A stretch of DNA of 64,000 nt. Source: Candidatus Woesebacteria bacterium RIFCSPHIGHO2_02_FULL_42_20 (GTDB taxonomy: Bacteria > Patescibacteriota > Microgenomatia > UBA8517). The notes below the pieces were generated by a model. That model had not been told where the DNA came from. It ran no database searches and saw nothing but the letters and a program-made list of their open reading frames with translations. The DNA lies in the NCBI GenBank assembly GCA_001792535.1, contig MGGS01000001.1, positions 49,695-113,694 of the forward strand, given 5' to 3'. Positions 18,949-30,240 of this stretch are shown here, in pieces. The translations under genes were made by a program, and so were the position numbers. Numbering within the stretch: position 1 is the first letter of the stretch; the number at the start of each line of letters is the position of its first letter.

Positions 18949-19022
18949 CGGGATCGACGGGACTCGAACCCGCAACCTCCTCCGTGACAGGGAGGCGCTC
19001 TGGCCAATTGAGCTACGACCCC
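18949..19022 (-). tRNA. tRNA-Asp(GTC), CCA not encoded
   Basis: Reverse complement: GGGGTCG/CGATCCC acceptor, CCTCC-CTGTCAC-GGAGG, TTCGAGT T loop. Confidence 0.96.
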
Positions 19023-19029
19023 AAATGCT

Positions 19030-19064
19030 AATTTTCAAATTTCAATTTGCAATTTACAATTATA
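19030..19064. repeat. Degenerate 7-bp tandem array between divergent tRNA-Asp and polX
   Basis: aattttc aaatttc aatttgc aatttac aattata. Confidence 0.75.
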
Positions 19065-19071
19065 TACGGAC

Positions 19072-20871
19072 ATGCGCAAAATTCCAACTAATACAGAACT
19101 TGCCGAAATACTTCGCGACGTTGCCGCGGCTTATAAGATTGCGAGTGAAGATAAAAACAAATTCCGGATTGTTGCTTACGAGCGGGCGGCCGACGCTGTC
19201 GAGCACCTCTCTAGTGAGGCCAAAGATCTTTGGGATGAGGGTAAATTAATCGAAGTTTCTGGAATCGGACCGTCTATTGCTTCTCATTTGGGCGAGGTCT
19301 TTGCTAAAGGCAGATCCAGCCACTTTGATGAGATTCTGGCGACCTTGCCCCCTGCGGTCTTTGAACTAATGAAAATTCCGGGAGTCGGAGCTAAAACAGC
19401 ATATAAACTTTCTACCAGCCTTGGTATAAAAGCTTCTAAAACGGCTCTTGCCAAGCTTAAAATCGCAATACAAGAAGGCAAAGTGGCGAAACTCGAAGGC
19501 TTTGGAGAATTGAGCGAGGAAAATATTGAAAAATCCATTGGTGAAGTCAAAAAAGGAAAAAAAAGACTCCTTTTGCCATATGCGTCTTCGATTGCTGACC
19601 AAATTATTTCTTGGCTCAAAACGTCCAAGGCTGTTTTGGAAGTTTATCCCTTAGGAAGCTTGCGGCGGCGTGCGTCAACAGTGGGGGACATAGACCTTGC
19701 AATTTCCACCAAAAGGCCAGGGGTTGCCCTTGATCATTTTGTCGCCTACCCCAAAAAGATTCGCAAAATTGAGGAGGGGCCGGAAAGCGCCTCGATTTTG
19801 GTTTCCGGGAATGTCCAAGTGGACGCAATGACTCAGCCGCCAGATAGTTTTGGTGCATTACTTCAACACTTTACCGGCAGCAAGCACCACAATATTGCAC
19901 TTCGTGAGTACGCGCTTAAAAACAAAATGAGCTTGAACGAGAAGGGGATAAAGGACTTAAAGACCAAAAAATTGAAGAAATATAAAACGGAGGAAGAATT
20001 TTATAAAGCTCTCGGTATGGACTTGATTCCACCGGAAATTAGAGAAGATATAGGAGAAATCCAAGCTGCCCAACGGAGCGCTCAGGGTAAACTGCCCGGT
20101 TTGCCTATGCTTGTTGACATAAGGGACATTAAAGGGGATTTGCAAATTCACTCTGACTTTAATATTGAAACAAGTCATGATTTGGGCCAGAGTTCGATGA
20201 AAGAAATTGTAACCAAAGCCGATGAGCTGGGTTATGAATATATTGCTTTTACAGAGCACAATCCCAGCCAGAGCGGCCATAACGATGCTCAGATTATTGA
20301 TATACTTAAAGCTAAGGCCGAGGCTATTGATAAACTTAATTACTCACTCGTGAAATACAACATGAAAAATTTTAAGAAAGCCTTTAATAGTCTGGAGATC
20401 GATATTCTTCCTGACGGTCGGCTGCCGGTTCCCGAAAAAGGCTTTGATTATCTTGACTTTGCACTAGGTTCCATTCATTCAAGTTTTAAACAGAGTAAGA
20501 GCGATATGACTGCAAGAGTGCTAAACGCATTTAAGCACCCCAAGCTCAAGATATTTGCCCACCCGTCAACGCGAATACTTAATAGAAGGGAGGGAGTTGA
20601 GTTAGATTGGCCGGCTATTTTTGACTATTTTATAAAAGAGAATAAGATTATTGAGATTAATGCCAACCCGGCGAGACTGGATTTACCTGATATTTTAGTT
20701 CGGGATGCCGTGAAGCTTGGTGTGAAAATGTCTTTGGGTACGGATGCCCATTATCTGATCGGTATGGACAACATGCAATTTGGAGTTTTTGTTGCAAGGC
20801 GTGGATGGGCGACCAGGGAAGACATTATTAATTCAATGAGTTTGAAAGATATCCAAAACGTGCTATTATGA
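19072..20871 (+). CDS. polX: DNA polymerase X family with PHP domain
   Basis: HhH motifs, GSLRR..VGDID, HFTGSK.HN, C-terminal PHP (AHP, EINA, GTDAH). Confidence 0.93.
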   Translation: MRKIPTNTELAEILRDVAAAYKIASEDKNKFRIVAYERAADAVEHLSSEAKDLWDEGKLIEVSGIGPSIASHLGEVFAKGRSSHFDEILATLPPAVFELMKIPGVGAKTAYKLSTSLGIKASKTALAKLKIAIQEGKVAKLEGFGELSEENIEKSIGEVKKGKKRLLLPYASSIADQIISWLKTSKAVLEVYPLGSLRRRASTVGDIDLAISTKRPGVALDHFVAYPKKIRKIEEGPESASILVSGNVQVDAMTQPPDSFGALLQHFTGSKHHNIALREYALKNKMSLNEKGIKDLKTKKLKKYKTEEEFYKALGMDLIPPEIREDIGEIQAAQRSAQGKLPGLPMLVDIRDIKGDLQIHSDFNIETSHDLGQSSMKEIVTKADELGYEYIAFTEHNPSQSGHNDAQIIDILKAKAEAIDKLNYSLVKYNMKNFKKAFNSLEIDILPDGRLPVPEKGFDYLDFALGSIHSSFKQSKSDMTARVLNAFKHPKLKIFAHPSTRILNRREGVELDWPAIFDYFIKENKIIEINANPARLDLPDILVRDAVKLGVKMSLGTDAHYLIGMDNMQFGVFVARRGWATREDIINSMSLKDIQNVLL

Positions 20872-20905
20872 TTTTTGACTTTGATTCAAAGGAGGTGATA
20901 ACTAA

Positions 20906-21490
20906 GTGCCATTAGTTTTAATTTTAATTGTTGCGGTTGTTCTGGTAGGTTGGCTTGTTGCAACTTATAACTTTTTTGTTTCAAGCAAAGCCCGTATAAA
21001 GGCTTCCGTCCAGGAAATTGGAAATCAACTCAAGCGTCAAGCCGAGCTTATTCCCAATCTTGAAGAATCTGCAAAGGGGTACTTAAAACACGAAAAAGGA
21101 ATTTTTGAAAAGCTTGCCGAGGTCAGACGTGCGGTGGTAAGCGCGATCAAATCCGGCAACATAAATACAATGGCTGAAGCTAGCGAAAAAATAGGCTCCT
21201 TGTTGCCTTCGATTCAAGTCGCTGTTGAAAGCAATCCCGAAATTAAAGGATCCGGTGTTGTAACTCGGCTTATGGACGAATTGAGGGATACTTCCGACAA
21301 GGTGATGTATGCAAGGCGCACTTTGATTGATTTGACAGCGGACTTTAACGTTAAAAGGGCTAGTTTCCCGACAAATCTGGTTGCGAATATGTTTGGCTTT
21401 GAGGAGCAAAAAGGCCTTGCGACAGCCGGTTCTGGAGAGCACATGGAAGTAAGCGAGTCTGAGACGAAAGTGCCGAAAGTGAAACTTTAA
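20906..21490 (+). CDS. lemA: LemA family protein
   Basis: N-terminal TM, QLKRQAELIPNL, FPTNLVA.MFGF; SD AAAGGAGGTG. Confidence 0.9.
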   Translation: MPLVLILIVAVVLVGWLVATYNFFVSSKARIKASVQEIGNQLKRQAELIPNLEESAKGYLKHEKGIFEKLAEVRRAVVSAIKSGNINTMAEASEKIGSLLPSIQVAVESNPEIKGSGVVTRLMDELRDTSDKVMYARRTLIDLTADFNVKRASFPTNLVANMFGFEEQKGLATAGSGEHMEVSESETKVPKVKL

Positions 21491-21520
21491 TTTCGTCCAG
21501 CGCAAAGCCGAAGGATCTAT

Positions 21521-22450
21521 ATGATTAACGTATATGAGGCAGCAAGCGCTAACAAGCGCAAGAGTGTTGTCGTTGTTTTTTTCTTCCTGGTTTTTGTTGC
21601 CTTGGCCGTTTATTTTATCGGAGGCGCCTTGGGTTATTATTTTGGCTATGAACTCGGAGGATTAAGCTTTTTTGGCTTGGCATTGATTCTTTCAGGCTTG
21701 ATGTCGTTTACGGGTTATTTTTACAGTGACAGAATAGTCCTTACTATCTCCGGTGCAAAGCCGGCAGACAAGCAAGAATTTCCGCTTTTTTATTCTGTTG
21801 CCCAAAACTTGAGCTTGGCGGCCAATGTTTCTATACCACGGCTTTTTATTATTGAAGACACCGCAACCAATGCTTTTGCTACGGGACGGGATCCGGATCA
21901 CGCCGTAATTTGTGCCACGACCGGTTTACTTTCAAAACTAAATAGGACGGAGCTAGAAGGGGTTATCGGCCATGAACTGACGCATGTTAGGAATTACGAT
22001 ATACGCTTAATGTCTATTGTCGGTGTTCTGGTCGGTTCAATTGCGCTTTTGGCTGATATTTTACTTAGGGCGACTTATATGCGGGGCAGAAGTGACAGGC
22101 GAGACGGCGGGGGAATAGGTGTCCTAATCTTTGGCATAGGACTAATTTTTGCTATTCTTTCCCCTCTTATTGCGCAACTGATTCGCCTGGCTATTAGCAG
22201 ACAAAGGGAATTTTTTGCGGATGCGGGTTCGGTTATGCTAACCCGCCAGCCATCCGGGCTGATCTCGGCTTTAAAAAAGATAAGTGCAGATCACGAGCCG
22301 TTAGAAGCGGCTAATAAAGCAACTGCACATCTTTACATAGCCAATCCTTTTAAAGATAAAATTGGCGATGCGAGAAACAAATTTTCTTCACTTTTTAATA
22401 CTCACCCGCCAATGGCTAAGAGAATAGAGGCCCTACAACAAATGGCGTGA
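21521..22450 (+). CDS. htpX: Zinc metalloprotease HtpX (M48)
   Basis: NAFATG, HELTH, SRQREFFAD, THPP. Confidence 0.93.
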   Translation: MINVYEAASANKRKSVVVVFFFLVFVALAVYFIGGALGYYFGYELGGLSFFGLALILSGLMSFTGYFYSDRIVLTISGAKPADKQEFPLFYSVAQNLSLAANVSIPRLFIIEDTATNAFATGRDPDHAVICATTGLLSKLNRTELEGVIGHELTHVRNYDIRLMSIVGVLVGSIALLADILLRATYMRGRSDRRDGGGIGVLIFGIGLIFAILSPLIAQLIRLAISRQREFFADAGSVMLTRQPSGLISALKKISADHEPLEAANKATAHLYIANPFKDKIGDARNKFSSLFNTHPPMAKRIEALQQMA

Positions 22451-22474
22451 GTGTTGTATGATAAGCCTAGTTTT

Positions 22475-22771
22475 ATGGCTAAACTTACAAAGTCGGATGT
22501 GCTTCATGTTGCCAAACTCTCAAAACTTGATCTGACTTCCCCGGAGGTGGAGAAATTTCAAAGCCAGCTATCAGAGGTCTTAAACTACATGGACGAGCTT
22601 AACACTCTCGATACTGATCGTGTATTACCCACCAGCCAGTCCACTGGTCTTGAAAATGTTTTCAGAGGTGATGACCACACAAATGACTGTTTAGCGCGCG
22701 ATATAGCCACGACTAACGCTTCAAGAAGCGACTCTAGTTATTTTGTGACAAAAGGGGTACTCAAAAAGTGA
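22475..22771 (+). CDS. gatC: Asp/Glu-tRNA amidotransferase subunit C
   Basis: VLHVAKLSKL; upstream of gatA. Confidence 0.9.
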   Translation: MAKLTKSDVLHVAKLSKLDLTSPEVEKFQSQLSEVLNYMDELNTLDTDRVLPTSQSTGLENVFRGDDHTNDCLARDIATTNASRSDSSYFVTKGVLKK

Positions 22772-24183
22772 ATAAGTTAAACTTGTCGATTGCTGGCACA
22801 CACAAAGATCTTAAAGAAAAAAAGTACAGCGTAACCGAGCTTGTGAAATATTACCTGGCAAGAATAGCCAAATATGACAAGAATCTCAATTCGTTTCTGA
22901 CTGTCACAACAGATTATGCATTGAAGGCCGCCAGGAAGCAGGACAATTTGCTCGTAAGCCAAGGTGAAGGAGTATTTGAGGACTTTCCGTTGTTTGGGGT
23001 GGTTACCGCTTTTAAGGATTTGTATTTGACCGAAGGCATCAGAACAACTGCTGCGTCGCGCGTCCTTGAAAACTTTATTCCCCAATATTCTTCGACGGTG
23101 GTTAAAAAACTTGAAAATGCGGGTTGCATTCTTATCGGTAAAACGAATTGTGATGCTTGGGCACACGGCGCCAGTGGCGAAAATTCGGATTTCGGCCCGA
23201 TAAAAAACCCTTGGAACAAAGATTTTGTCCCGGGCGGGTCCTCGTCGGGGTCAGCGGTTTCGGTTGCAAGTGATTTTTGTCTGGTTGCTCTGGGGACTGA
23301 CACAGGCGGTTCAGTTCGCCAGCCGGCAAGTTTCTGCGGGGTTACGGGGCTTAAACCTACTTACGGGTTGGTGAGCAGATTCGGCGTGGTTGCCATGGCA
23401 AGTTCCTTGGATTGTATGGGCCATTTGACAAATAACGTAGGCGACTCAAGGCGGGTTTTGGAAGTCACCAAGGGTCAGGATCAATTTGACTCAAACATCC
23501 AAAGTGTAAAATTGGCCGGTGAAGTAAGGGATATTAAAAAAATAACAATTGGGCTTCCGAAAGACTATTTCGGTCAAGGTCTGGACAATCAAGTCAGGAC
23601 AAAAGTACTCGCTGCAGCCCGGTTCTTCGAGAAGCAGGGTGCAAAAATTGTGGACGTAGATTTGCCGCATACAAAATATGCCACTTCCGTTTACTATATT
23701 ATTCAGCCTGCAGAAGTTGCATCGAATTTGGGCAGGTATGATGGGATCAGGTATGGGCTAAGTCGGGACAGCTTTGGTGATGAAGCGAAAAGACGAATTA
23801 TGCTGGGAAGCTATGTTTTGTCAAGCGGTTATTATGATAGATATTATTTGAAGGCCGCCCGAGTACGTACTAAATTGATTGAGGATTTTGACAAAGCATT
23901 TGCCAAAGTAGATGTATTGCTGGCTCCGGTTTCACCCACACCACCGTTTAAACTTGGCGAAAAAACGGCTGATCCATTGAGTATGTACTTGGCAGATGTT
24001 TACACGGTATCGGCTAATTTAGTCGGTGTCCCCGGCTTAGCTTTGCCCGCGGGGTTTAGCGACCAAGGTTTGCCCATCGGTTTTCAGTTAATTAGCCAAA
24101 AGTTTCACGAAAATATGCTATTTGATTTGGGGGAAATTTTTCAAAGAAACACCGACTATCACAGTCAGAAACCAAAGCTATGA
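22768..24183 (+). CDS. gatA: Asp/Glu-tRNA amidotransferase subunit A
   Basis: Amidase signature GGSSSGS, GTDTGGSVRQP, RYDGIRYG. Confidence 0.97.
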   Translation: MNKLNLSIAGTHKDLKEKKYSVTELVKYYLARIAKYDKNLNSFLTVTTDYALKAARKQDNLLVSQGEGVFEDFPLFGVVTAFKDLYLTEGIRTTAASRVLENFIPQYSSTVVKKLENAGCILIGKTNCDAWAHGASGENSDFGPIKNPWNKDFVPGGSSSGSAVSVASDFCLVALGTDTGGSVRQPASFCGVTGLKPTYGLVSRFGVVAMASSLDCMGHLTNNVGDSRRVLEVTKGQDQFDSNIQSVKLAGEVRDIKKITIGLPKDYFGQGLDNQVRTKVLAAARFFEKQGAKIVDVDLPHTKYATSVYYIIQPAEVASNLGRYDGIRYGLSRDSFGDEAKRRIMLGSYVLSSGYYDRYYLKAARVRTKLIEDFDKAFAKVDVLLAPVSPTPPFKLGEKTADPLSMYLADVYTVSANLVGVPGLALPAGFSDQGLPIGFQLISQKFHENMLFDLGEIFQRNTDYHSQKPKL

Positions 24184-25451
24184 TTGAATTTATAGAAACA
24201 ATAAAGGCAAGAAACTTTACTTTTTTGTGGATGTCACAAATTATTTCGCAGCTAGTGATTAACACTCTGAGCTTTTTGATATTGACTAGAATTTTTGAAG
24301 TAACCGGGTCGACCATTGCTGTTTCTTTTGTATGGGTAGCTTACGCGCTGCCTGCTATAGTTTTTGGGCCGGTGGGTGCGGTAACTGCAGATGTGGCCGA
24401 CAAACGCAAGGTAATGATAACCAGTATCTTGCTTCAATCGCTGATTGTCTTCCTGTTTTCGCTCTTTTATTCCAAATATCTGTTTTTGTCATACGCCGTG
24501 GTTTTTACCTATTCGCTGTTTAATCAGTTTTATATGCCTTCCGAGGCTGCTTCTCTTCCGCATGTGGTCAATAAGGCCCACCTGCCGCAGGCTAATAGCT
24601 TATTTTTCATGACGGTCCAATCCGGGCTGGTATCCGGTTTTGTGTCGGCTGGGCTGCTTTATGATGCGGTGGGTTTTGGCCCGACTGTCTTGGTTGCAGG
24701 GGTTATTTTGCTTTTTGCTGCTTTGAGCGTCAAAATGTTACCTTCGCTCAAATCCCAGGAAAGGTTGCCAAAGGATTTTGAAAAAGGTGTCTCCAAATTT
24801 TTTGGCGGCATGGTCGAGGGTTATAAATTTATTAAAAACAATACATTCATACTTTTCCCCTTCCTTTTGCTTACTGGCTTGCAAGTGGCACTCTCGGTGG
24901 TAGTTGTAAGCCTTCCTGTTATAACCTCCGAAATAATCAAGACGAAAGTTAGCTTGTCCGGCCTTGTAGTGGTTGCTCCGGCGGCTGCCGGGGCGCTTGT
25001 GGGCACCTTCCTTGTTTCAAAACTTTTAAGCAAAGCAGTACGCAAACGAAAGATTATAGAAGTTGCGATATTTGTTTTTTCTGGTTGTTTTTTGGCCTTA
25101 AGTGCAATTGTTCCCAGCGTTGACTTTTGGTTGGGCAGATCTTTGTCGCTAATCTGTTTCTTTGCGGCAGGCGCTGCTTATGTTGCGAGTCTGATTCCCT
25201 CGCTGACATATCTTCAGGAGGTAACTCCCGCGGACTTGATGGGTAGGGTTTTTGGTAATATCTGGTTTGTTACCACAGTGATGACAGTAGTTCCTGTACT
25301 GTTTTCCGCAACTATTACAGAAATATTCGGAATAGAGTTGATGCTCTTTGCTTTGGGATTATTAGGCCTACTTGTCGGGCTTGCGGCAAAGTTTGAGTTA
25401 CACGGCATATTTTCATACAGAAAAAACTTTATCAAATGGTTAAAAGGGTAA
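24180..25451 (+). CDS. MFS transporter (H+ antiporter/macrolide-efflux-like)
   Basis: About 12 TM segments; LMGRVFG; overlaps gatA. Confidence 0.85.
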   Translation: MIEFIETIKARNFTFLWMSQIISQLVINTLSFLILTRIFEVTGSTIAVSFVWVAYALPAIVFGPVGAVTADVADKRKVMITSILLQSLIVFLFSLFYSKYLFLSYAVVFTYSLFNQFYMPSEAASLPHVVNKAHLPQANSLFFMTVQSGLVSGFVSAGLLYDAVGFGPTVLVAGVILLFAALSVKMLPSLKSQERLPKDFEKGVSKFFGGMVEGYKFIKNNTFILFPFLLLTGLQVALSVVVVSLPVITSEIIKTKVSLSGLVVVAPAAAGALVGTFLVSKLLSKAVRKRKIIEVAIFVFSGCFLALSAIVPSVDFWLGRSLSLICFFAAGAAYVASLIPSLTYLQEVTPADLMGRVFGNIWFVTTVMTVVPVLFSATITEIFGIELMLFALGLLGLLVGLAAKFELHGIFSYRKNFIKWLKG

Positions 25452-25453
25452 AT

Positions 25454-26764
25454 ATGAAAACAAAGTTAAGGCCTGTAATAGGTCTTGAAGTCCATATCGA
25501 ACAGAATACCAAAACTAAAATGTTTTGTGGTTGTCCGGCGATCCATTATGCTGTTCCCGCAAATACCCACACATGTCCGGTTTGTTTGGGACTTCCGGGA
25601 GCTTTACCCAAGGCCAATAAATTAGCCGTTGAAAACATTTTAAAACTCGGCTTGGCCTTAGGTTGTAAAATAAATTTATATTCCAAATTTGACAGGAAGC
25701 ATTATTTTTATCCTGACCTTCCCAAAGGCTACCAAATAACACAATATGAAGCCCCCTTTTGTTCAGCAGGCAGATGGGAAGCCCCGGACAGTCCATCGGT
25801 TAACATTACCCGGATACATTTGGAGGAGGATACCGGGAAACTGATTCACAAAACAGTCGGAGGACAAAAATTAAGTTTGGTTGACTTTAATAGAAGCGGC
25901 GTTCCTTTAATTGAGTTGGTTACGGGGCCAGATTTTGAGACCAGTGAGCAAGTAACGGCATTTTTGAAAGAAATCCGCAAAATAGTCCGGCATTTGGGAA
26001 TTTCAACGGCCGATATGGATAAAGGGTCGATGCGATTGGAAGCTAATGTGTCTGTTTCTACAACTAAAAAATTGCCGGATTATAAAGTGGAGTTAAAAAA
26101 TATCAACTCGTTTAAATTTCTGGCAAAAGCGGTCGATTCGGAAATAGCCAGGCAGACAAAACTTATTCATGAGGGGAAGAGAATAGCCCAGGAAACCAGG
26201 GGCTTTGATGAGGCGGCCGGCGGCACTTTAAGCCAACGAACAAAAGAAGAAGCAAAAGACTACCGGTATTTTCCGGAGCCGGATTTGCCCCCGATCCGCT
26301 TGAGTCAAGAATACGTAACTGGTCTTAAAACAAACTTACCCAAGTCGCCTTCGGAGACTATTCATGAATTGGCAAGTTGGGGTGTGTCCTGGCAAGCGGC
26401 TACCATTATTGTAAAGGATAGGGCTAGGTTGAATTATTTGTATGATGTTAGAAGCATAGACAATTCGGTAGACTTAAAAAGTATTGCAAACCTTATCGTA
26501 AACAAAAATGTCGATAAAAAATACAAAGACCCGAATGACCTTTTGGCAAGTATTGTTAAAAGTGCAGGGAATTTAAGCCTTGAGGCAAAACAAATGACCA
26601 AATTTATAAATGAAGTACTTATCGAAAACCCTAAGGCTGCAGAGGACTTTAGATTGGGCAAGACGAACGTCGTCGGTTTTTTGCTTGGCAAATTTATGCA
26701 AAAATCCGCCGGGCGTGGTGACCCAAAAGAGGTGTCAAAGCGTTTTTTTGATAGACTTAAATAA
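25454..26764 (+). CDS. gatB: Asp/Glu-tRNA amidotransferase subunit B
   Basis: IGLEVH, YPDLPKGYQITQY, HLEEDTG, DYRYFPEPDL. Confidence 0.97.
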   Translation: MKTKLRPVIGLEVHIEQNTKTKMFCGCPAIHYAVPANTHTCPVCLGLPGALPKANKLAVENILKLGLALGCKINLYSKFDRKHYFYPDLPKGYQITQYEAPFCSAGRWEAPDSPSVNITRIHLEEDTGKLIHKTVGGQKLSLVDFNRSGVPLIELVTGPDFETSEQVTAFLKEIRKIVRHLGISTADMDKGSMRLEANVSVSTTKKLPDYKVELKNINSFKFLAKAVDSEIARQTKLIHEGKRIAQETRGFDEAAGGTLSQRTKEEAKDYRYFPEPDLPPIRLSQEYVTGLKTNLPKSPSETIHELASWGVSWQAATIIVKDRARLNYLYDVRSIDNSVDLKSIANLIVNKNVDKKYKDPNDLLASIVKSAGNLSLEAKQMTKFINEVLIENPKAAEDFRLGKTNVVGFLLGKFMQKSAGRGDPKEVSKRFFDRLK

Positions 26765-26767
26765 CCA

Positions 26768-29700
26768 ATGGCCCATTTTGTTCACCTGCATCTTCATACC
26801 GAGTACAGCTTGCTTGATGGCCTTTCAAAAATAAAGGCATTAGCCACGCATATCAAAGAAAATCAGATGCACTCCTGCGCTATTACCGACCATGGAGCGA
26901 TGTATGGTGCTATTGAGTTTTACAAGAAGATGACTGAAACCGGGCTAAAACCAATTATCGGTGTCGAGGCATATACGACTAACGTTAAACACACTGACCG
27001 GCCGGAAAGAAGTAAGGTGAAAAATTACCATTTGCTTCTTTTGGCAAAAAACTTGGAAGGCTACAAGAATTTAATGAAACTTACTTCGATTGCTCATTTG
27101 GAAGGTTATTATTACAGGCCCAGATTTGACCGGGAAACTCTGATTAAGTACTCCAAAGGTTTACTATGCACTTCCACATGTGGCCAGGGGGAGCTTGCTC
27201 AGGCTTTAGTTAATGAGTCATACCAGAAAGCAAAGTTGGTTGCCAACTGGTTTCTGGAGCTGTTCGGTGAAGATTACTATTTGGAAATTCAAAGGCATAA
27301 TTATGCATCGTTTATTTCAAGCATTGACAATAACGAGATCAAAAACTCATTGCTTACTCTTGCCAAAAACGAAAAAACAGTTAATGATGGTCTTCTTAAG
27401 TTGAGCCGAGAACTCGGCATTCCGGTTGTTGCCACCAATGATGCACACTACATCAAAAAGGCAGATGCCCCGGCGCAAGACGCGCTTGTGTGTGTTGCCA
27501 CGGGCAAAAATGTAACCGATTTAAAAAGATTGCGATTTATTGACGCACCGAGTTTTTGGGTCACCTCACCCGGGGAAATGACGGAACTTTTCTTTGACTT
27601 ACCGGAGGCGCTTGAAAACACTGTGATGGTTGCCGACAAGTGCAATTTGGAATTTACCCTAGGCCAATGGTATTTTCCTAAGGTAGCCCTTGAAGGGAGC
27701 AAGTCGGCGGAAGAAGTATTGAGGGCAAAAACTCAACAAGCTATGAAGGTGAAATATGCTAGGGCTGACACTGTTTTGCAAAGTCGACTGGATTTGGAGC
27801 TAAAAGTAATATGTGACAAAGGCTATGCCCCTTATTTCCTTATCTACGAAGATATGGCCTCTTGGGCTAAGTTAAAGACAATTCCGATTAACACCCGGGG
27901 TAGCGTAGCAGGGTCATTGGTTGCATATTGCTTAGGCATCACCAGCGTTGACCCAATCAGGTATAACTTACCTTTCGAAAGGTTTTTAAATCCATATCGT
28001 CCCTCAGCGCCGGATATTGATTTGGATATCGCCGATGACCGCAGAGAGGAAATGATTGACTATCTTAAACATAAGTACGGTAGCGACAAAGTCGGCCAGA
28101 TTTGCACTTTTGGGCGTATGCTCGCCCGGGCCTCGGTCAGAGACATTGCTAGAGTTTTGGGTTTTCCATACTCGACGGGTGACAAAATTGCCAAACTAAT
28201 TCCGATGGGGTCCCAGGGTTTTCCAATGACTATCGAAAGGGCGTTAAAAGAAAGTCCGGAACTTGATAACCTTTACCGTAGGGAAGATGATGCCAAAATT
28301 ATAATTGATTTGTCACGCCAGATTGAAGGCAATGCCAGGCACATTTCCGTGCACGCGGCGGGGGTTGTAATCGCACCCAAAGCGCTGACCGAGTTCACTC
28401 CCGTCCAGTATGAACCAAAAGGTGAAAAGGTGATAACCCAGTACGAAATGCACGCTTGTGAGGACATAGGCCTTGTGAAGCTTGACATTTTGGGAATTCG
28501 TAATCTGTCAATTCTTCGGGGTGCAGTTGAACTTGTAAGGGAAAATAAAAATATTGAAGTGGATTTGAGTACCATTCCCCTCGACGACAAAAAAACTTAT
28601 GACATGCTTTCCCGGGGTGAAACAATGGGTACTTTCCAATTGGGTGGGAATGGTATGACAAGGTATCTGGTCGAGCTCAAACCTGAAAGAATCGAGGACA
28701 TCATGGCGATGATTGCGCTTTTTAGGCCTGGGCCGATAGCCAACATTCCCAACTACATTGCCCGTAAAAAGGGCGAGCAGAAAATAACCTATTACCATCC
28801 CAAAATGAAAAAGTTCTTGGAGAAGTCGTTTGGCATTTTGGTTTACCAGGAAGACCTGTTGTTTACCGCACTTGAGATAGCCGGCTATACTTGGGAAACT
28901 GTTGACAAATTCAGAAAAGCGGTCGGAAAAAAGATACCTGAGGAAATGAATAGACAGCACGATATTTTCGTCAAAGGCTGCATCAAACATTCGGGAATGT
29001 CGGCGTCTGAAGCTGAAGGGTTGTGGAAATTGTTTGAGCCTTTCCAAGGATACGGCTTTAATAAAGCCCACGCGGCAAGCTACGGCATGGTCGCCTTCCA
29101 AACTTCATACATGAAGGCAAATTTTCCCATTGAATTCATGACAGCCCTTCTAACAGCCGAAAGCAAGGATACGGATAAAATTTCGGCCGCAATCAACGAG
29201 TGCAGAAGGATAGGCATAAAAGTCTTGGCGCCTGATATTAATAAGTCGGGCGTGGGTTTTAAGGTGGAAAGACTAAAAGATGGGAGCGATGCTATCAGAT
29301 TTGGCCTTGACGCAATCAAAAATGTCGGGAAAGCCGCGATCGAAGCAATTTTGGAAGAGAGGACAAACGGTGATTTTTCCACTTTTGTGGATTTTATTAG
29401 CCGTGTCGACGCAAGGCGGGTTAACAAAAAGGTCCTGGAGAGTCTGATTAAGGTGGGAGCGCTGAGTGAATTTGGCAAACGGGCTGCACTTCTGCCCTCA
29501 ATCGACGTCATTCGTGATAAGTTTAAGTGGAGAAACAATTTAGACCAGCAAGGTCTTTTTGGCGACGACTTGGACAAAATTTCCGGGCCCAGAAACTTTC
29601 AACTACCAGAAATTGCCGAATTTGGCGAGGAAGAGCTGCAGACGTTTGAAAAACAGTTATTGGGCCTTTCGCTTTCCAGTAAACCCATTTTCGAACTTAT

Positions 29701-30229
29701 AGGCAAGCTGGCTACATTTGTGACACATAGGATTGCCGAAATTGATAACACTCTTGACGTTTCAAACCTGAAAATCGCCGGGGTAGTAACGGACATGAAA
29801 ATAGTTGTTACCAAAAAAACAGGTGCTCAGATGGCCTTTGCTAAAGTTGAGGACGGGACGGGAGTAATGGAAGTTGTCATATTCCCTAAAGTTTACGCTT
29901 CATATAGAGAAATGCTTGGCTCGAAAAGACCGTTACTATTTTCAGGTAAACTTGACTTTAGGGAAGAGTCACCAGTAATGCTTGTTGATTCACTAAATTC
30001 TGAAGGCGACGCCCAAGCCGAAACTTTTTATATCAGAATTCCAAGAAAGACTTCGCCAGACAAGTTTGCCGAGTTGAAAAACATATTAGTAAAACACCCC
30101 GGGGGTGCTAAAGTGATACTTAAGTTTGAAGAAAAGAACACAGAGTACCCTCTGGCTATTAAGATTGACTGGAGTAGTGACCTCTCAAGAATGATTTCCG
30201 ACTTGCTTGAAGGTAAGGAAATAAGCTAA
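26768..30229 (+). CDS. dnaE: DNA polymerase III alpha subunit
   Basis: [40 protein letters not shown] fold. Confidence 0.98.
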   Translation: MAHFVHLHLHTEYSLLDGLSKIKALATHIKENQMHSCAITDHGAMYGAIEFYKKMTETGLKPIIGVEAYTTNVKHTDRPERSKVKNYHLLLLAKNLEGYKNLMKLTSIAHLEGYYYRPRFDRETLIKYSKGLLCTSTCGQGELAQALVNESYQKAKLVANWFLELFGEDYYLEIQRHNYASFISSIDNNEIKNSLLTLAKNEKTVNDGLLKLSRELGIPVVATNDAHYIKKADAPAQDALVCVATGKNVTDLKRLRFIDAPSFWVTSPGEMTELFFDLPEALENTVMVADKCNLEFTLGQWYFPKVALEGSKSAEEVLRAKTQQAMKVKYARADTVLQSRLDLELKVICDKGYAPYFLIYEDMASWAKLKTIPINTRGSVAGSLVAYCLGITSVDPIRYNLPFERFLNPYRPSAPDIDLDIADDRREEMIDYLKHKYGSDKVGQICTFGRMLARASVRDIARVLGFPYSTGDKIAKLIPMGSQGFPMTIERALKESPELDNLYRREDDAKIIIDLSRQIEGNARHISVHAAGVVIAPKALTEFTPVQYEPKGEKVITQYEMHACEDIGLVKLDILGIRNLSILRGAVELVRENKNIEVDLSTIPLDDKKTYDMLSRGETMGTFQLGGNGMTRYLVELKPERIEDIMAMIALFRPGPIANIPNYIARKKGEQKITYYHPKMKKFLEKSFGILVYQEDLLFTALEIAGYTWETVDKFRKAVGKKIPEEMNRQHDIFVKGCIKHSGMSASEAEGLWKLFEPFQGYGFNKAHAASYGMVAFQTSYMKANFPIEFMTALLTAESKDTDKISAAINECRRIGIKVLAPDINKSGVGFKVERLKDGSDAIRFGLDAIKNVGKAAIEAILEERTNGDFSTFVDFISRVDARRVNKKVLESLIKVGALSEFGKRAALLPSIDVIRDKFKWRNNLDQQGLFGDDLDKISGPRNFQLPEIAEFGEEELQTFEKQLLGLSLSSKPIFELIGKLATFVTHRIAEIDNTLDVSNLKIAGVVTDMKIVVTKKTGAQMAFAKVEDGTGVMEVVIFPKVYASYREMLGSKRPLLFSGKLDFREESPVMLVDSLNSEGDAQAETFYIRIPRKTSPDKFAELKNILVKHPGGAKVILKFEEKNTEYPLAIKIDWSSDLSRMISDLLEGKEIS

Positions 30230-30240
30230 AATACCGCTTG

